Assembly: GCA_038897215.1 (NCBI GenBank)
Contig: JAWAWX010000001.1
Coordinates: forward strand, 192,001-256,000
Direction: 5' to 3'
DNA length: 64,000 nucleotides
Source of the DNA: Acidilobaceae archaeon
GTDB taxonomy: Archaea; Thermoproteota; Thermoprotei_A; Sulfolobales; Acidilobaceae
Part shown: positions 28,669 through 38,727 of the stretch, piece by piece
Layout of the letters: each line of letters starts with the position of its first letter
Numbering within the stretch: the first letter of the stretch is position 1
Notes under the pieces: model-generated
Told to the model about the DNA's origin: nothing
The model's database searches: none
Seen by the model: only the letters and a program-made list of their open reading frames with translations
Position numbers and translations under genes: made by a program

Positions 28669-29332
28669 AGCGCTAGAATCAGGGCTCCCCATCGTGATCT
28701 ACGACTTCGAGGAGAGAGAGGGAGAAGCAGACCTCGTCTATCCAGCTTGGGTAGTCGGGGTCGATGAGGTCTACGAGCTGAGAGCCGAGGCTGGGGGGCT
28801 TGTGTGCTACGTGACAGAAGGCTCTCTAGCGAGAAGCCTCGGGATCCCCTGGGCTTACGAACTCATCGGGTCGTGGAGCACTCTATCGCCTCTAGCTTCG
28901 AGAACGCTGAGGTACGGTGATAGACCTGCTTTCACGATATGGGTTAACCATGTTAGTGTCAAGACCGGGATAAGCGATGAAGATAGGAGCGTGACCATAA
29001 GAGAGCTAGACGGAGTCTCGAGGCTCTACTACAGCGGGAGAGTAAGCGAAGCCAGAGAAAAGTTCTACTCGGAGTTCGTAGCCCCAGGCCACGTCCCCAT
29101 CCTGGCATCTAAGAGTCTCAGAGAGAGGAGAGGCCACACGGAGCTCTCGGTAGCTCTCTTCAAGCTAGTAGGCTTGAGGCCGAGCGCGGCTTTCGCGGAG
29201 ATACTCGTGAAGGGGAGGTCGGCTACCTACGAGGAGGCTAGAGAGCTCGCTCTAAAGAAGAGAATCCCTATAGTTAGAGGCTCCGATATCCTGAAGTGGT
29301 GCGAGAGCAGTGAAGTGTGTTGGAGTAGCTGA
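28643..29332 (+). CDS. ribB: 3,4-dihydroxy-2-butanone-4-phosphate synthase
   Basis: D..EREGEAD, TGISDEDR, F.APGHV, RRGHTE. Confidence 0.93.
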   Translation: MALLREVGEALESGLPIVIYDFEEREGEADLVYPAWVVGVDEVYELRAEAGGLVCYVTEGSLARSLGIPWAYELIGSWSTLSPLASRTLRYGDRPAFTIWVNHVSVKTGISDEDRSVTIRELDGVSRLYYSGRVSEAREKFYSEFVAPGHVPILASKSLRERRGHTELSVALFKLVGLRPSAAFAEILVKGRSATYEEARELALKKRIPIVRGSDILKWCESSEVCWSS

Positions 29333-29771
29333 CACTACCTTCGCTAGAGTAGACATGGCTCGCTACGCCATTGAGGTCTTGGAGAGAGAGCTCCCGGGGT
29401 ACAGGATAGTCAGGCACACAGTCCCCGGAATCAAGGACCTCCCCGCAGCAGCTAGGAGACTGCTAGACCTGGGTTGCGATGGCGTGATAACCCTCGGGTG
29501 GGTTGGCTCAAGCCAGGTGGATAAGTACAGCTACATAGCTTCCAGCGTTGGCCTGATAGTTCTCGGAGTACTAACCGGCAAGATAATCATAGACGTGACT
29601 GTCCACGAGGACGAAGCCGAGAGCCCGGAGGAACTCAAGACTATAGCTGTTGAGAGAGCGAGAGCTCACGCTAGAAACCTAGCGGCTCTAATCAAGGGAG
29701 GCCTCGAGGCTCTGACTCCGAGAGCGGGCATGGGGGTCAGGCAGGGGAGGCCCGACGTGGGGCCTCTCTAG
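29310..29771 (+). CDS. ribC: Archaeal riboflavin synthase
   Basis: GVADTTFARVDM, TVPGIKDLP, VHEDE, RQG.PD.G. Confidence 0.93.
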   Translation: MKCVGVADTTFARVDMARYAIEVLERELPGYRIVRHTVPGIKDLPAAARRLLDLGCDGVITLGWVGSSQVDKYSYIASSVGLIVLGVLTGKIIIDVTVHEDEAESPEELKTIAVERARAHARNLAALIKGGLEALTPRAGMGVRQGRPDVGPL

Positions 29772-30460
29772 CTCTCAGAGACTCTGGAAACCCATCTAGC
29801 TTCATCTTCATCGTAGACTAAGAGCCCTAGTCTAGCAAGCTTCTTGAATAGCTTAGACCCGCTCTCTCCCAGAGCTATTCCCGCGAGCTCTGAAGCCTCG
29901 TCTACGCTAGAGACGCTGATGTTCCCGACCTCTTCGAGAAACCTCTTCCAGAAGTCTCTGTCTACAGCGATCCTCTCCTGCCCGCGCTCTATCACAACAG
30001 CTCCTTCTCTCTTCAGCTTCTCGAAGAACCTCTCGGGAGCTCTAAGCCACTTAACGTCCTCGCTGAAGACCACGCCCTCCTTCTTCAGCCTATCGACAGC
30101 AGTGAGAGCTCTCCTAACCGTAGCTGGGTGAGTCTCGAGCTCCTGCTTGCTCTCTTCGTGAAGCCTCCCCGAGGACTCTAAGACCTCTTGTATCTGCGAG
30201 AGTCTTCTCAGAACCTCGTCTACTTTAGCTGTGAAGGGGTTCAACAGGTCTGCTATGAATCTCTCCATCCTCCTATAAGTCTGTTCGAGGTCTCCCCCAG
30301 CTCCCCGCTCCAGCCTCCTCCCCTCAGCTAGAGCTCTCAAGACCCCCCTCACGTACTCCGGCACCGTAGCATAGCCCTCTGACTCTGCAAGAGCTCGTAG
30401 CTTCTCGTACTCGCTCCTAGATATCCTCACCTTGAGTATAACCTCCTCCTCAGAGCTCAA
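29768..30460 (-). CDS. CopG/RHH-domain protein with coiled coil and probable C-terminal wHTH
   Basis: VILKVRISRSEYEKL..LAE.EG..TV.EYVR ribbon-helix-helix. Confidence 0.65.
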   Translation of the reverse strand: MSSEEEVILKVRISRSEYEKLRALAESEGYATVPEYVRGVLRALAEGRRLERGAGGDLEQTYRRMERFIADLLNPFTAKVDEVLRRLSQIQEVLESSGRLHEESKQELETHPATVRRALTAVDRLKKEGVVFSEDVKWLRAPERFFEKLKREGAVVIERGQERIAVDRDFWKRFLEEVGNISVSSVDEASELAGIALGESGSKLFKKLARLGLLVYDEDEARWVSRVSES

Positions 30461-30535
30461 CCCCGGCTCTCCACGACTCTACTAGGAGAATAGAAGCTAT
30501 AAGCTGGAGCAGTCTCGACCTCAGAGCCCGCGCCT

Positions 30536-31276
30536 TCAGGCTTCTCGCAGAGAGCTCTTGACTACCACGCGTTCTCTCAAACCGTGCCTCCTGACGTCGT
30601 CGAGAGCTTCTGTAGCTAGCGCTACAGCTTCTCCAGCGCTCTCGGCTATCCCGACTCCAGCCTTGAGGTCTGCTATCTCCAACAACCTCGAGGTCAGAGA
30701 GTCGACTACGGCTGGGCTCATTGCTACCAGCACGTTGTCTCCGCCCAGGTAGGCTGCGATGCCCCCCCAGTCGAAAGCGAGTCTCGCTATCCTTGCGTAT
30801 ATCTCTGTGAAGTGGACGAGAGACTCGAGAGGACTCGTTCTCCTAGTGTAGCCCGTTATGTTGTTGAAGTCTATGTGAGCTATAGCTATCGCCTCGGGTC
30901 TCCTGCACTCTCTGAACGCAACCGAGCTCAAGGGAGTCTCGGAGAGTAGCTTGAAGGACTCTCTCTCCGAGTCTCTAGGAGTCTCCCCGCAGGCAGAAGA
31001 CGCTCTCAGAGGTGTCGGCGACACTGCCTTCAGAGCTTCGAGCAAGCCGGGTAGAGCTTCTGGGTCAGCGTTGGGAGCGAGTAGGATCTCGTAGTCGAAC
31101 CTCCCGGGTAGCGCGAAGAACCCCAGTTTCTCCGACTCTCTCTGGAGGACTTTGTAGACCTCAGTCTGAGCCTCCTGGACCCTCCACTCTCTCCGAGACC
31201 CCAGGCTCTCCGTCCACTCCCTGTAGCCGTAGAGTTCAACCAGGACTACTCTAGTCCAGTAGCTCGCGCGGCTCAA
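30536..31276 (-). CDS. gch3: GTP cyclohydrolase III (IIa)
   Basis: GYREWTESLG..RE..VQ..Q, R.D, H.D, YLGGDN, K.GVG. Confidence 0.9.
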   Translation of the reverse strand: MSRASYWTRVVLVELYGYREWTESLGSRREWRVQEAQTEVYKVLQRESEKLGFFALPGRFDYEILLAPNADPEALPGLLEALKAVSPTPLRASSACGETPRDSERESFKLLSETPLSSVAFRECRRPEAIAIAHIDFNNITGYTRRTSPLESLVHFTEIYARIARLAFDWGGIAAYLGGDNVLVAMSPAVVDSLTSRLLEIADLKAGVGIAESAGEAVALATEALDDVRRHGLRERVVVKSSLREA

Positions 31277-31302
31277 CCAAACGCCCCCGAGGCTGCTGCC
31301 CC

Positions 31303-31761
31303 CTACTCTATGACTACAGTCTCCCCAGTGTACGATACCCTCTTGAGTTCACTAAGCCTCCGCGACATCTTGACAGCGGCCTCTACAGCTCTCCTAGCGT
31401 ACTCCTCAGCTCTCTCTAGAGCCTGCATTCTGGAAGCGCCGGGGCCTATGACTCCTAGAGCCACGGGTTTCCCGTGAGCCACACCGATGTCTAGTAGCTT
31501 TCTCGCTGCTTGGTGAGCGACTACCTCGTCGTGGCTCGTCTCACCCTTCAGCACTGCTCCCAGGACCACTACTGCGTCGACGTAGTCCAGCCTAGCCACC
31601 TGGTCGACAGCATAGGGGGCATCGTAGACTCCGGGCACCTTGAAGACCAGCGTTACAGTCGCTCCGAGAAACTTGGCGTGAGATAGTGCCTTCTCTAGCA
31701 TGACTCTAGTCACGTCGTAGTTGAACTCCGAGACAACTAGAGCGAGCCTTACACTACTCAA
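31303..31761 (-). CDS. ribH: 6,7-dimethyl-8-ribityllumazine synthase
   Basis: VSEFNYDVT, VPG, LGAV.KGET.HD, KPV.LG.IGPG. Confidence 0.95.
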   Translation of the reverse strand: MSSVRLALVVSEFNYDVTRVMLEKALSHAKFLGATVTLVFKVPGVYDAPYAVDQVARLDYVDAVVVLGAVLKGETSHDEVVAHQAARKLLDIGVAHGKPVALGVIGPGASRMQALERAEEYARRAVEAAVKMSRRLSELKRVSYTGETVVIE

Positions 31762-31944
31762 AGCCAGCTCCCGACTCCTCCAGCTCTAATCCACTCCCTT
31801 AAAACTCTACGCTTCAGAGTAGTCTCGAACACCTTGGTCTAAACGAGTAGCGGCTGAGCTTAGAAGACTTAAACGCTTCCCCATAACCGGGGGATACGAC
31901 TAGATTTAAGTCTCGCTCTTCACATCAACTTAAGGGGTCTAGAG

Positions 31945-34149
31945 ATGGGGTATCTTAATCTCAAAGTCATGGAGTCCTACCCCTCGGATGTCGGCAGAAA
32001 GGTGGCTAGGATCAGCTATAGTAACATGGAGAAGCTGGGAGTAGACCCGGGAGACGTTATAGTGATAGAGAGTAACGGTAGAGAAGCCGTGGCTAGAGTC
32101 TTGCCTCTCAGGAGTAGCGAGGCTGACAGGCATGACATAATCAGGATCGACGGCTACGTTAGAGAGTTCCTGCAAGCACCCACGGGGTCTCTCGTGAGAG
32201 TACGCAAGGCAGAGAAGGTCGAGCAAGCCACGAGAGTCGTTCTGGCTCCAGCGGATAGAGATGTAGAGGCCTACGTTCGCTCAGTTGGAGAGAGCTTCCA
32301 GCAGTATGTTAGAGACGTGCTGAAAGACAAGCCTTTGAGTAGAGGCGAGATAGTCGCTATCCCTATGCTCTCCTACGCTCTCCCCTTCGTCGTCATCTCA
32401 ACACACCCCACTCAGATGGTTGTAGTCACATCAGACACAGAAGTCGTGGTCAGAGAAGAGCCCGTGCCTAGGAGAGAGCTCGAGAGACTCAAGGGAATCC
32501 CTAAGGTCACGTGGGAGGACGTGGGCGACCTGGAGGAGGCTAAGGAGAGGCTGAGAGAGATGGTAGAGCTACCGATGAAGCACCCAGAAGTCTTCAAGCA
32601 CTTGGGCATAGAGCCCCCGAAGGGAGTCCTCCTCTACGGCCCGCCGGGCACTGGAAAGACTCTCTTAGCTAAGGCTCTCGCTAACGAGGTTGGAGCCTAC
32701 TTTATATCCATAAACGGCCCCGAGATCATGAGCAAGTTCTATGGTGAGAGCGAGCAGAGGCTTAGAGAGATATTCGAGGAGGCTAGGAAGAACGCTCCAG
32801 CTATAATATTCATAGACGAGATAGACGCTATAGCCCCCAAGAGAGAGGAGGTAGTGGGGGAGGTTGAGAAGAGAGTAGTGGCTCAGCTCCTAGCCCTCAT
32901 GGATGGACTCACTGAGAGAGGCCAAGTCATAGTGATAGCTGCCACGAATAGACCGGATGCTTTAGACCCAGCTCTCAGGAGGCCGGGCAGGTTCGACAGA
33001 GAGATCGAGATCAGGCCTCCGAACAAGCAGGGGAGGCTGGAGATACTGCAGATACACACGAGACACATGCCGCTAGCCGAGGACGTGGACCTAGAGAAGA
33101 TAGCCGATATGACCTACGGCTATACTGGAGCAGACCTAGCGGCTCTAGCTAGAGAGGCGGCTATGAACGCTCTCAGGAGATTCGTCAAGAGCGGCTCCAT
33201 AGACTTATCCAAGGGAGGCCCCATACCCGTAGACGTACTGAGGAACCTCAAGGTAACCATGGCTGACTTCGTTGACGCCATGAGGTTCGTCAGACCTTCT
33301 CTGATGAGAGAAGTCTATGTAGAAATCCCGACAACCAGGTGGGATGACATAGGTGGCTACGAGGAGGTCAAGCAGGAGCTCAGAGAGGCTGTAGAGTGGC
33401 CTCTCAAGTACCCCCAGGTCTTCGAGAAGATGGGCATCAGGCCTCCTAAAGGCATACTTCTCTACGGCCCGCCCGGAACTGGGAAGACTCTCCTGGCTAG
33501 AGCGGTAGCCACGGAGAGCGGGGCTAACTTCATATCCATCAAGGGCCCGGAGGTCTTGAGCAAGTGGGTTGGGGAGAGCGAGAGAGCGGTGAGAGAGATA
33601 TTCAAGAGAGCCAGGCAGGTCGCCCCCGCTGTCGTCTTCTTCGACGAGATAGACGCGATAGCTCCCGCTAGAGGCTACAGGTTCGACTCCTCGGGTGTCA
33701 CGGACAGAGTCGTGAACCAGCTACTCACGGAGATGGACGGGATCCAGCCTCTCCAGAACATAGTCGTGATAGCGGCCACCAATAGAGCGGAGCTCCTCGA
33801 TCCCGCTCTCCTGAGACCCGGGAGGTTCGATAGGATAATCTTCGTGCCCCCGCCAGACAGAGCGGCTAGGAGGGAGATACTGAGAGTTCACGTGAGGAGA
33901 GTCCCGCTAGCTAAAGACGTCGACCTAGACAAGCTGGCGGAGCTGACAGAGGGCTACACAGGGGCAGACATAGAGGCTCTCGTCAGAGAAGCTGCTATGA
34001 TAAAGCTCAGAGAGAGCCTAGAGCCCGGCCCCGTGGAGATGAGGCACTTCCTCAAAGCCATGGAGAAGGTGAGACCGAGCCTAACAAGGGAGATCGTGGA
34101 GAGATACAGGCACATATACCTGGAGCTCAAGAGGCTGACGGGAGGCTGA
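31945..34149 (+). CDS. CDC48/VCP-family AAA ATPase
   Basis: N domain plus two [15 protein letters not shown] modules with RPGRFD. Confidence 0.96.
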   Translation: MGYLNLKVMESYPSDVGRKVARISYSNMEKLGVDPGDVIVIESNGREAVARVLPLRSSEADRHDIIRIDGYVREFLQAPTGSLVRVRKAEKVEQATRVVLAPADRDVEAYVRSVGESFQQYVRDVLKDKPLSRGEIVAIPMLSYALPFVVISTHPTQMVVVTSDTEVVVREEPVPRRELERLKGIPKVTWEDVGDLEEAKERLREMVELPMKHPEVFKHLGIEPPKGVLLYGPPGTGKTLLAKALANEVGAYFISINGPEIMSKFYGESEQRLREIFEEARKNAPAIIFIDEIDAIAPKREEVVGEVEKRVVAQLLALMDGLTERGQVIVIAATNRPDALDPALRRPGRFDREIEIRPPNKQGRLEILQIHTRHMPLAEDVDLEKIADMTYGYTGADLAALAREAAMNALRRFVKSGSIDLSKGGPIPVDVLRNLKVTMADFVDAMRFVRPSLMREVYVEIPTTRWDDIGGYEEVKQELREAVEWPLKYPQVFEKMGIRPPKGILLYGPPGTGKTLLARAVATESGANFISIKGPEVLSKWVGESERAVREIFKRARQVAPAVVFFDEIDAIAPARGYRFDSSGVTDRVVNQLLTEMDGIQPLQNIVVIAATNRAELLDPALLRPGRFDRIIFVPPPDRAARREILRVHVRRVPLAKDVDLDKLAELTEGYTGADIEALVREAAMIKLRESLEPGPVEMRHFLKAMEKVRPSLTREIVERYRHIYLELKRLTGG

Positions 34150-34158
34150 GGAGAGCTC

Positions 34159-34701
34159 TTGATCGAGGTAGAGGCGAAGTACAGAGTCGGCTGCGAGCGC
34201 TTCGCCTCAATAGCCTCGACTCTCGAGTCTATGGGCTTCGAGAACAGAGGGGACTCACTAGAGGTAGACGAGTACTACCAGCACCCCTGTAGAGACTTCG
34301 CCGCCACAGACGAGGCCCTACGAGTCAGAAGGAGAGGAGATGGCGCTGTAGAGCTGACCTACAAGGGGCCTAGAGAGAGCTCTCTCAACTACAAGGGGCG
34401 CTTAGAGCTAACAGCTAGAGTCGCTGACTCAGAGCAACTCTCCAAAGTCCTCGAGGCTCTAGGCTTCAAGAAAGCCGTAGTCGTAGTCAAGCAGAGAAGA
34501 GTCTACGAGAAGAGCGGGGTCTCAGTAGCTCTAGACGAGGTGCGCGGTCTCGGCTGCTTTGTCGAGATAGAGGGGGGGCTGGAGTCTATAGAGTCTGTGG
34601 CCGAGAAGCTGGGGCTGAAGAGAGAGGACTACGTGGCTGAGACTTATGCGGAGCTCCTGCTAGCCCTTGGTGACACCTATAGGTCTCATTCTAGCCACTA
34701 G
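34159..34701 (+). CDS. cyaB: CYTH-domain class IV adenylate cyclase-like protein
   Basis: IEVEAK, HPCRDF..TDEALRVR, LTYKGP, LG.FVEIE. Confidence 0.88.
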   Translation: MIEVEAKYRVGCERFASIASTLESMGFENRGDSLEVDEYYQHPCRDFAATDEALRVRRRGDGAVELTYKGPRESSLNYKGRLELTARVADSEQLSKVLEALGFKKAVVVVKQRRVYEKSGVSVALDEVRGLGCFVEIEGGLESIESVAEKLGLKREDYVAETYAELLLALGDTYRSHSSH

Positions 34702-36108
34702 CTTAGATATCCCGGCTCCGTGAGCTACCTCTACTACCTTGTCTACGTCCTTGTAGGCCTCCGGAGCCTCCTCCACCACTGTCTCCACCGACGTCGCCTT
34801 GAGGTATATCCCTCTGCTCTGGAGCTCACTGAGTATCTCTCTATACGACCTGGTTCTCTTAGCTCCAGCTCTGCTCATCCACCTGCCTGCTCCGTGGGGA
34901 GCAGTGTACCAGACCTTGGCTCCCTCGGGGATCCCGGCGAGTATGTAGCTGGCTGTACCCATGCTACCAGGTATCAGGACGGGCTGTCCGACCTCTCTAT
35001 ACTTAGCCGGTATCTCGGAGTGTCCCGGCGGGAAGGCTCTAGTGGCCCCCTTTCTGTGCACTAGAACCTTTACTCTCCTCCCGTCTACTACGTGCTCCTC
35101 GAGCTTAGCTATGTTGTGCGCCACGTCGTAGATCACGCTTAGGTCTAGCTTGTCGGGGTCTTCGCGGAAGACGGACTTGAAGCTCTCTCTAACCCAGTGG
35201 GATATCATCTGCCTGTTAGCCCAGGCGAAGTTGGCTGCTGCGGCCATGGCCTTGAAGTACTTCTGGCCCTCCTCGCTGTAGAAGGGTACTGCAGCGAGCT
35301 CTCTATCGGGAACGCTTATCCCGTACTTCCTCATAGCCCTCTCCATGATCACCAGGTAGTCGCTAGCTACCTGGTGGCCCAGCCCTCTGCTCCCCGTGTG
35401 AACCATGAGGAGAACCTGCCCCTCGAAGAGCCCGTAGACCTTGGCTATCTTCTCGTCGAAGATCTTGTCTACCACCTGGACCTCGAGGAAGTGGTTGCCG
35501 CTACCTAGTGTTCCTAGTTGCTCAGCACCCCTCCTCTTAGCCGTGTCGCTTACAGCGCTAGCATCAGCGTCCCTCATGCCGCCCTTCTCCTCTAGGAACT
35601 CTAGGTCTTCGGGCCACCCGTAGCCCTTCTCTACGGCCCACCGCGCTCCCTCCTCTAGGACTCTGTTGAGCTCTCCCACGCTCAGCTTGACCTTCCCCGT
35701 GCTCCCGACCCCGCTCGGCACGTTTCTAAAGAGCGTGTCAACGAGCTCTTTTATCCTGGGTTTCACCTCTTTCTCAGTCATGTTAGTCCTCATCACTCTG
35801 ACCCCGCAGTTGATATCGTAGCCTATCCCTCCAGGGCTTATGACGCCCCCGTTCTCTACATCCATGGCGGCGACTCCGCCGATGGGGAAGCCGTATCCCT
35901 GGTGGCCATCAGGCATCACTATACTGTACTTCAGCACTCCTGGGAGACAGGCCACGTTAGCAGCCTGCTCTAGAGTAAGGTCTTCTCTCATCTTGGAGAC
36001 CAGGAAGTCGTCAGCGTAGATCATAGCGGGGAGCTTCATGCAAGGCTTTGCTCCAGCAGGGATCATCCACAGGAATCTGTCTACTCGCTTCAGCTCCACG
36101 AGGCTCAC
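34660..36108 (-). CDS. rtcB: RNA-splicing ligase RtcB
   Basis: MPDGHQGYGFPIGG, GYDINCG, GSGNHF, HRKGAT, PHGAGR. Confidence 0.97.
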   Translation of the reverse strand: MSLVELKRVDRFLWMIPAGAKPCMKLPAMIYADDFLVSKMREDLTLEQAANVACLPGVLKYSIVMPDGHQGYGFPIGGVAAMDVENGGVISPGGIGYDINCGVRVMRTNMTEKEVKPRIKELVDTLFRNVPSGVGSTGKVKLSVGELNRVLEEGARWAVEKGYGWPEDLEFLEEKGGMRDADASAVSDTAKRRGAEQLGTLGSGNHFLEVQVVDKIFDEKIAKVYGLFEGQVLLMVHTGSRGLGHQVASDYLVIMERAMRKYGISVPDRELAAVPFYSEEGQKYFKAMAAAANFAWANRQMISHWVRESFKSVFREDPDKLDLSVIYDVAHNIAKLEEHVVDGRRVKVLVHRKGATRAFPPGHSEIPAKYREVGQPVLIPGSMGTASYILAGIPEGAKVWYTAPHGAGRWMSRAGAKRTRSYREILSELQSRGIYLKATSVETVVEEAPEAYKDVDKVVEVAHGAGISKLVARMRPIGVTKG

Positions 36109-36251
36109 CTAGATAATCCCTGATGAGACCGAGCTTAAATTGGTTCCTCATAACTCTCAGTCTATCAAGAGTACTAGCGGCTCGGTCTCGCGGAGACTAG
36201 ATAGAGCCTAGACGCGCTACTCTACAGTGGGGAGCAGCTGTAGAGGTAGGA

Positions 36252-37406
36252 GTGGCAGACCTCCCTCTCCACGACGGCAGAGTCCCCTCTTGGATGCTCA
36301 GACTCATGGAGAGAATGGCTGGAGCGATAGCTCGAGCCATAGTAGAGACCCGGGGAGCAGACGCTCTCCTCAAAGGCCTCTCCGACCCTCTCTGGTTCCA
36401 AGCTTTCAACAACGTGATAGGCATGGATTGGGATAGTAGCGGGAGCACTACAGTGCTGACTGGTGTGCTCAAGTCCGTGACCTGGAGGTCGAGAGACCTC
36501 GGAGTCCTAGTTCTCGGAGGCAAGGGGGGCAGGATGCGGTCGATAGCCGATGAGGCCCGTGTGGCTGAGAGGCTACTAGGGGTCTCCTCGGAGGACGTGG
36601 TTAGATTCAGCAAGCTAGCTGCTAGAGCGGACTCCGTGTTCCTCCAGGACGGCTACACTCTATACCACCACGCTGTCATCGTGTCGAACTCTGGGCGCAT
36701 GATCGTAGTCCAGCAGGGGATGAGCGCTGAGAAGAGGCTAGCCAGAAGGTACCACGTCGACAAGGCCTCGCTAGAAGAGCCTCACAGTGGAGTAGCTGGA
36801 GCTCTCTCCCCAGTCGTGCTCAACGCTACAGCAACTGAGAGTAGAGAAGCGAGGAGAGCCTACGCCGACATACTAGCGGAAGGCGCTAGGCGGGTAGAGA
36901 GGATGATAGCAGAGGCCAACGCTATCCTCAGAGGGCAGTTGAGCCTCGGAGAGTACATCGGCGAGAGAGATGGGAGCTCTAGGAGAAGCGGGCTCCTCGG
37001 AGCGAAGCCCTACTACTACCCCGTTGAGATCACGCCAGGGCTTAGGAGAGCTCTCGAGGACCTCGAGAGATTCAGCGTCTCAAGCGAGACCGAGCTAGCT
37101 CTAGCCCCCTCGCTAGGGCCTAGGGTTCTGAGAGCTCTAGCTCTGGTAGCAGACTTGATCCTAGGGGTTCCTACGAGCACGAGAGACGTAGTCACTCTAA
37201 CTCTAGACCCCTACGCTTACTCCTACGCTGTCGGAGGCAAAGACGGAGTCCCATACCCCTACGATAGGGCGACAGCCGAGAAGGTTGTGGCGACTCTGGA
37301 GGAGGCGATCGAGTTAGCCAAGCTAGGCGATAGGGAGAAGCTCAGAGCACTACTCAAGCTCAAGAGGCTCATAGAGAGAGTTCCTCACAGGCCTCCACAC
37401 CTCTAG
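36252..37406 (+). CDS. DUF763-domain protein
   Basis: LPLH.G.VP.W, SDP.WFQ...GMDWDSSGSTT, QDGY.LYHH, GGKDG.PYP. Confidence 0.88.
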   Translation: MADLPLHDGRVPSWMLRLMERMAGAIARAIVETRGADALLKGLSDPLWFQAFNNVIGMDWDSSGSTTVLTGVLKSVTWRSRDLGVLVLGGKGGRMRSIADEARVAERLLGVSSEDVVRFSKLAARADSVFLQDGYTLYHHAVIVSNSGRMIVVQQGMSAEKRLARRYHVDKASLEEPHSGVAGALSPVVLNATATESREARRAYADILAEGARRVERMIAEANAILRGQLSLGEYIGERDGSSRRSGLLGAKPYYYPVEITPGLRRALEDLERFSVSSETELALAPSLGPRVLRALALVADLILGVPTSTRDVVTLTLDPYAYSYAVGGKDGVPYPYDRATAEKVVATLEEAIELAKLGDREKLRALLKLKRLIERVPHRPPHL

Positions 37407-38554
37407 ACAGCAATACTCCCGAGAAGCGAGAGGACCACTATGCCCGTCACGTCTACCACTGTTGTCAGGAGCGGTAGTAGCACGTTCTCCGGCATGACTC
37501 CGAGCGCGAAGGAGGCCCTGACTAGCAGGTAGGCTATGGGGACTGCTAGGAGGAGCACGGATACTAGGGAGGCGACAAGGACGGCTATCGTGGTGGCGAG
37601 AGGAGCCTTGTATATATCGCCTCCCGCTGTCACATAGCCTATCAAGCCTAGGGGGATCATCGAGAGCCCCCCTACTGCTAGAGCGTCTAGCAGAGACGCT
37701 AAGGCTACGCGCTCCACTCCCCGGTACCCGTTTACGTACACGTGGAGAGCTATCTTCAACCCGGCTATGCTGGCTAGAGCTCCCGAGACTCCTATGAAAG
37801 CGGGAGTGACATGGATCAAGCCTGATGTAGCGAGCCTATCCTCGAAGCCTGCTAGGAAGACGCCGGCCACGGCTTGCCCAGCTATGACTAGAGTGACTAT
37901 TCCAGTCCTCTCCTTGAAGACTCTAGCCTGGACTCCACCTAAGAGCATCACGGCTACAGCTACGGCCACAGAGGAGGTCGCAGAGGCGAGAGCTAGTAGA
38001 GCTATGAAGCTGTGAGAGCTCTTGGCGAGAGCTATATAGGCTAGCGCTAGCGAGGGAATAGCCATCAAGTCTATGGAGACCGTGATCAGAGTAGGCATAA
38101 CGTTACCCGGGTCGAAGCCTCGAGCAAAGAGCCTGGCTGTGGCTATCGCTACACTAGGGAGAGCGATTAGGGTTATAGCGAGAGAGGCTAGAATACTAGT
38201 CGAGACCAGCATGTTTATATCGAGCATCTCAGAGTACGCTACAGCATACCATCCGGCTACGAAGAGAGATATGAGGATACTCGTCGTCACAACCGCTGCA
38301 GCCACGTTGAGAGCCTCTGCTCTCAAGAGCTCTAAAGGAGAGGGCTTCAAGACGCCCAGGTGGAGAGACGTGATCATCCTGGAGGCAGAAGACCCCATTA
38401 TGTCCCCCCTGATATCGCTTATTACTGGAAGAAGAGCCAGAACCTCCTTAGCCCCCCTGATGGCCGGGTAGAAGTACGCGAATACAGCAATGCTAGCTAG
38501 ATACGTGAGCAGAGCGCCCAGCATCCCTAGAGCTATCTCGAACTCAGTCCTCAC
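37403..38554 (-). CDS. MgtE/SLC41-type divalent cation transporter (membrane domains)
   Basis: P...D.RG...GS..SR..T.LH.G; DP.N..P..T...D repeated twice. Confidence 0.78.
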   Translation of the reverse strand: MRTEFEIALGMLGALLTYLASIAVFAYFYPAIRGAKEVLALLPVISDIRGDIMGSSASRMITSLHLGVLKPSPLELLRAEALNVAAAVVTTSILISLFVAGWYAVAYSEMLDINMLVSTSILASLAITLIALPSVAIATARLFARGFDPGNVMPTLITVSIDLMAIPSLALAYIALAKSSHSFIALLALASATSSVAVAVAVMLLGGVQARVFKERTGIVTLVIAGQAVAGVFLAGFEDRLATSGLIHVTPAFIGVSGALASIAGLKIALHVYVNGYRGVERVALASLLDALAVGGLSMIPLGLIGYVTAGGDIYKAPLATTIAVLVASLVSVLLLAVPIAYLLVRASFALGVMPENVLLPLLTTVVDVTGIVVLSLLGSIAV

Positions 38555-38727
38555 TCTCTCCTTGACCGCTGTCTTCAGCTGCTCGAGCGTCTCCCCAAAG
38601 CGAGCGGCACCTAGTGCTCGCTACAAAGCACTAAACTAATATGGCTGGGTTAGAGTAACAGCTCTAGCCCTGCTCTAGTGGGAAGTGTTGAGGTACTACT
38701 CTTCTCAGCACTCTCCCCGTGCTAGAC

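Noticed and set aside
36120-36195. CTGATGA followed by a stem, resembling a hammerhead ribozyme core
   Set aside because: The stem is followed by TCGC rather than GAAA, and no stems I or III are evident.
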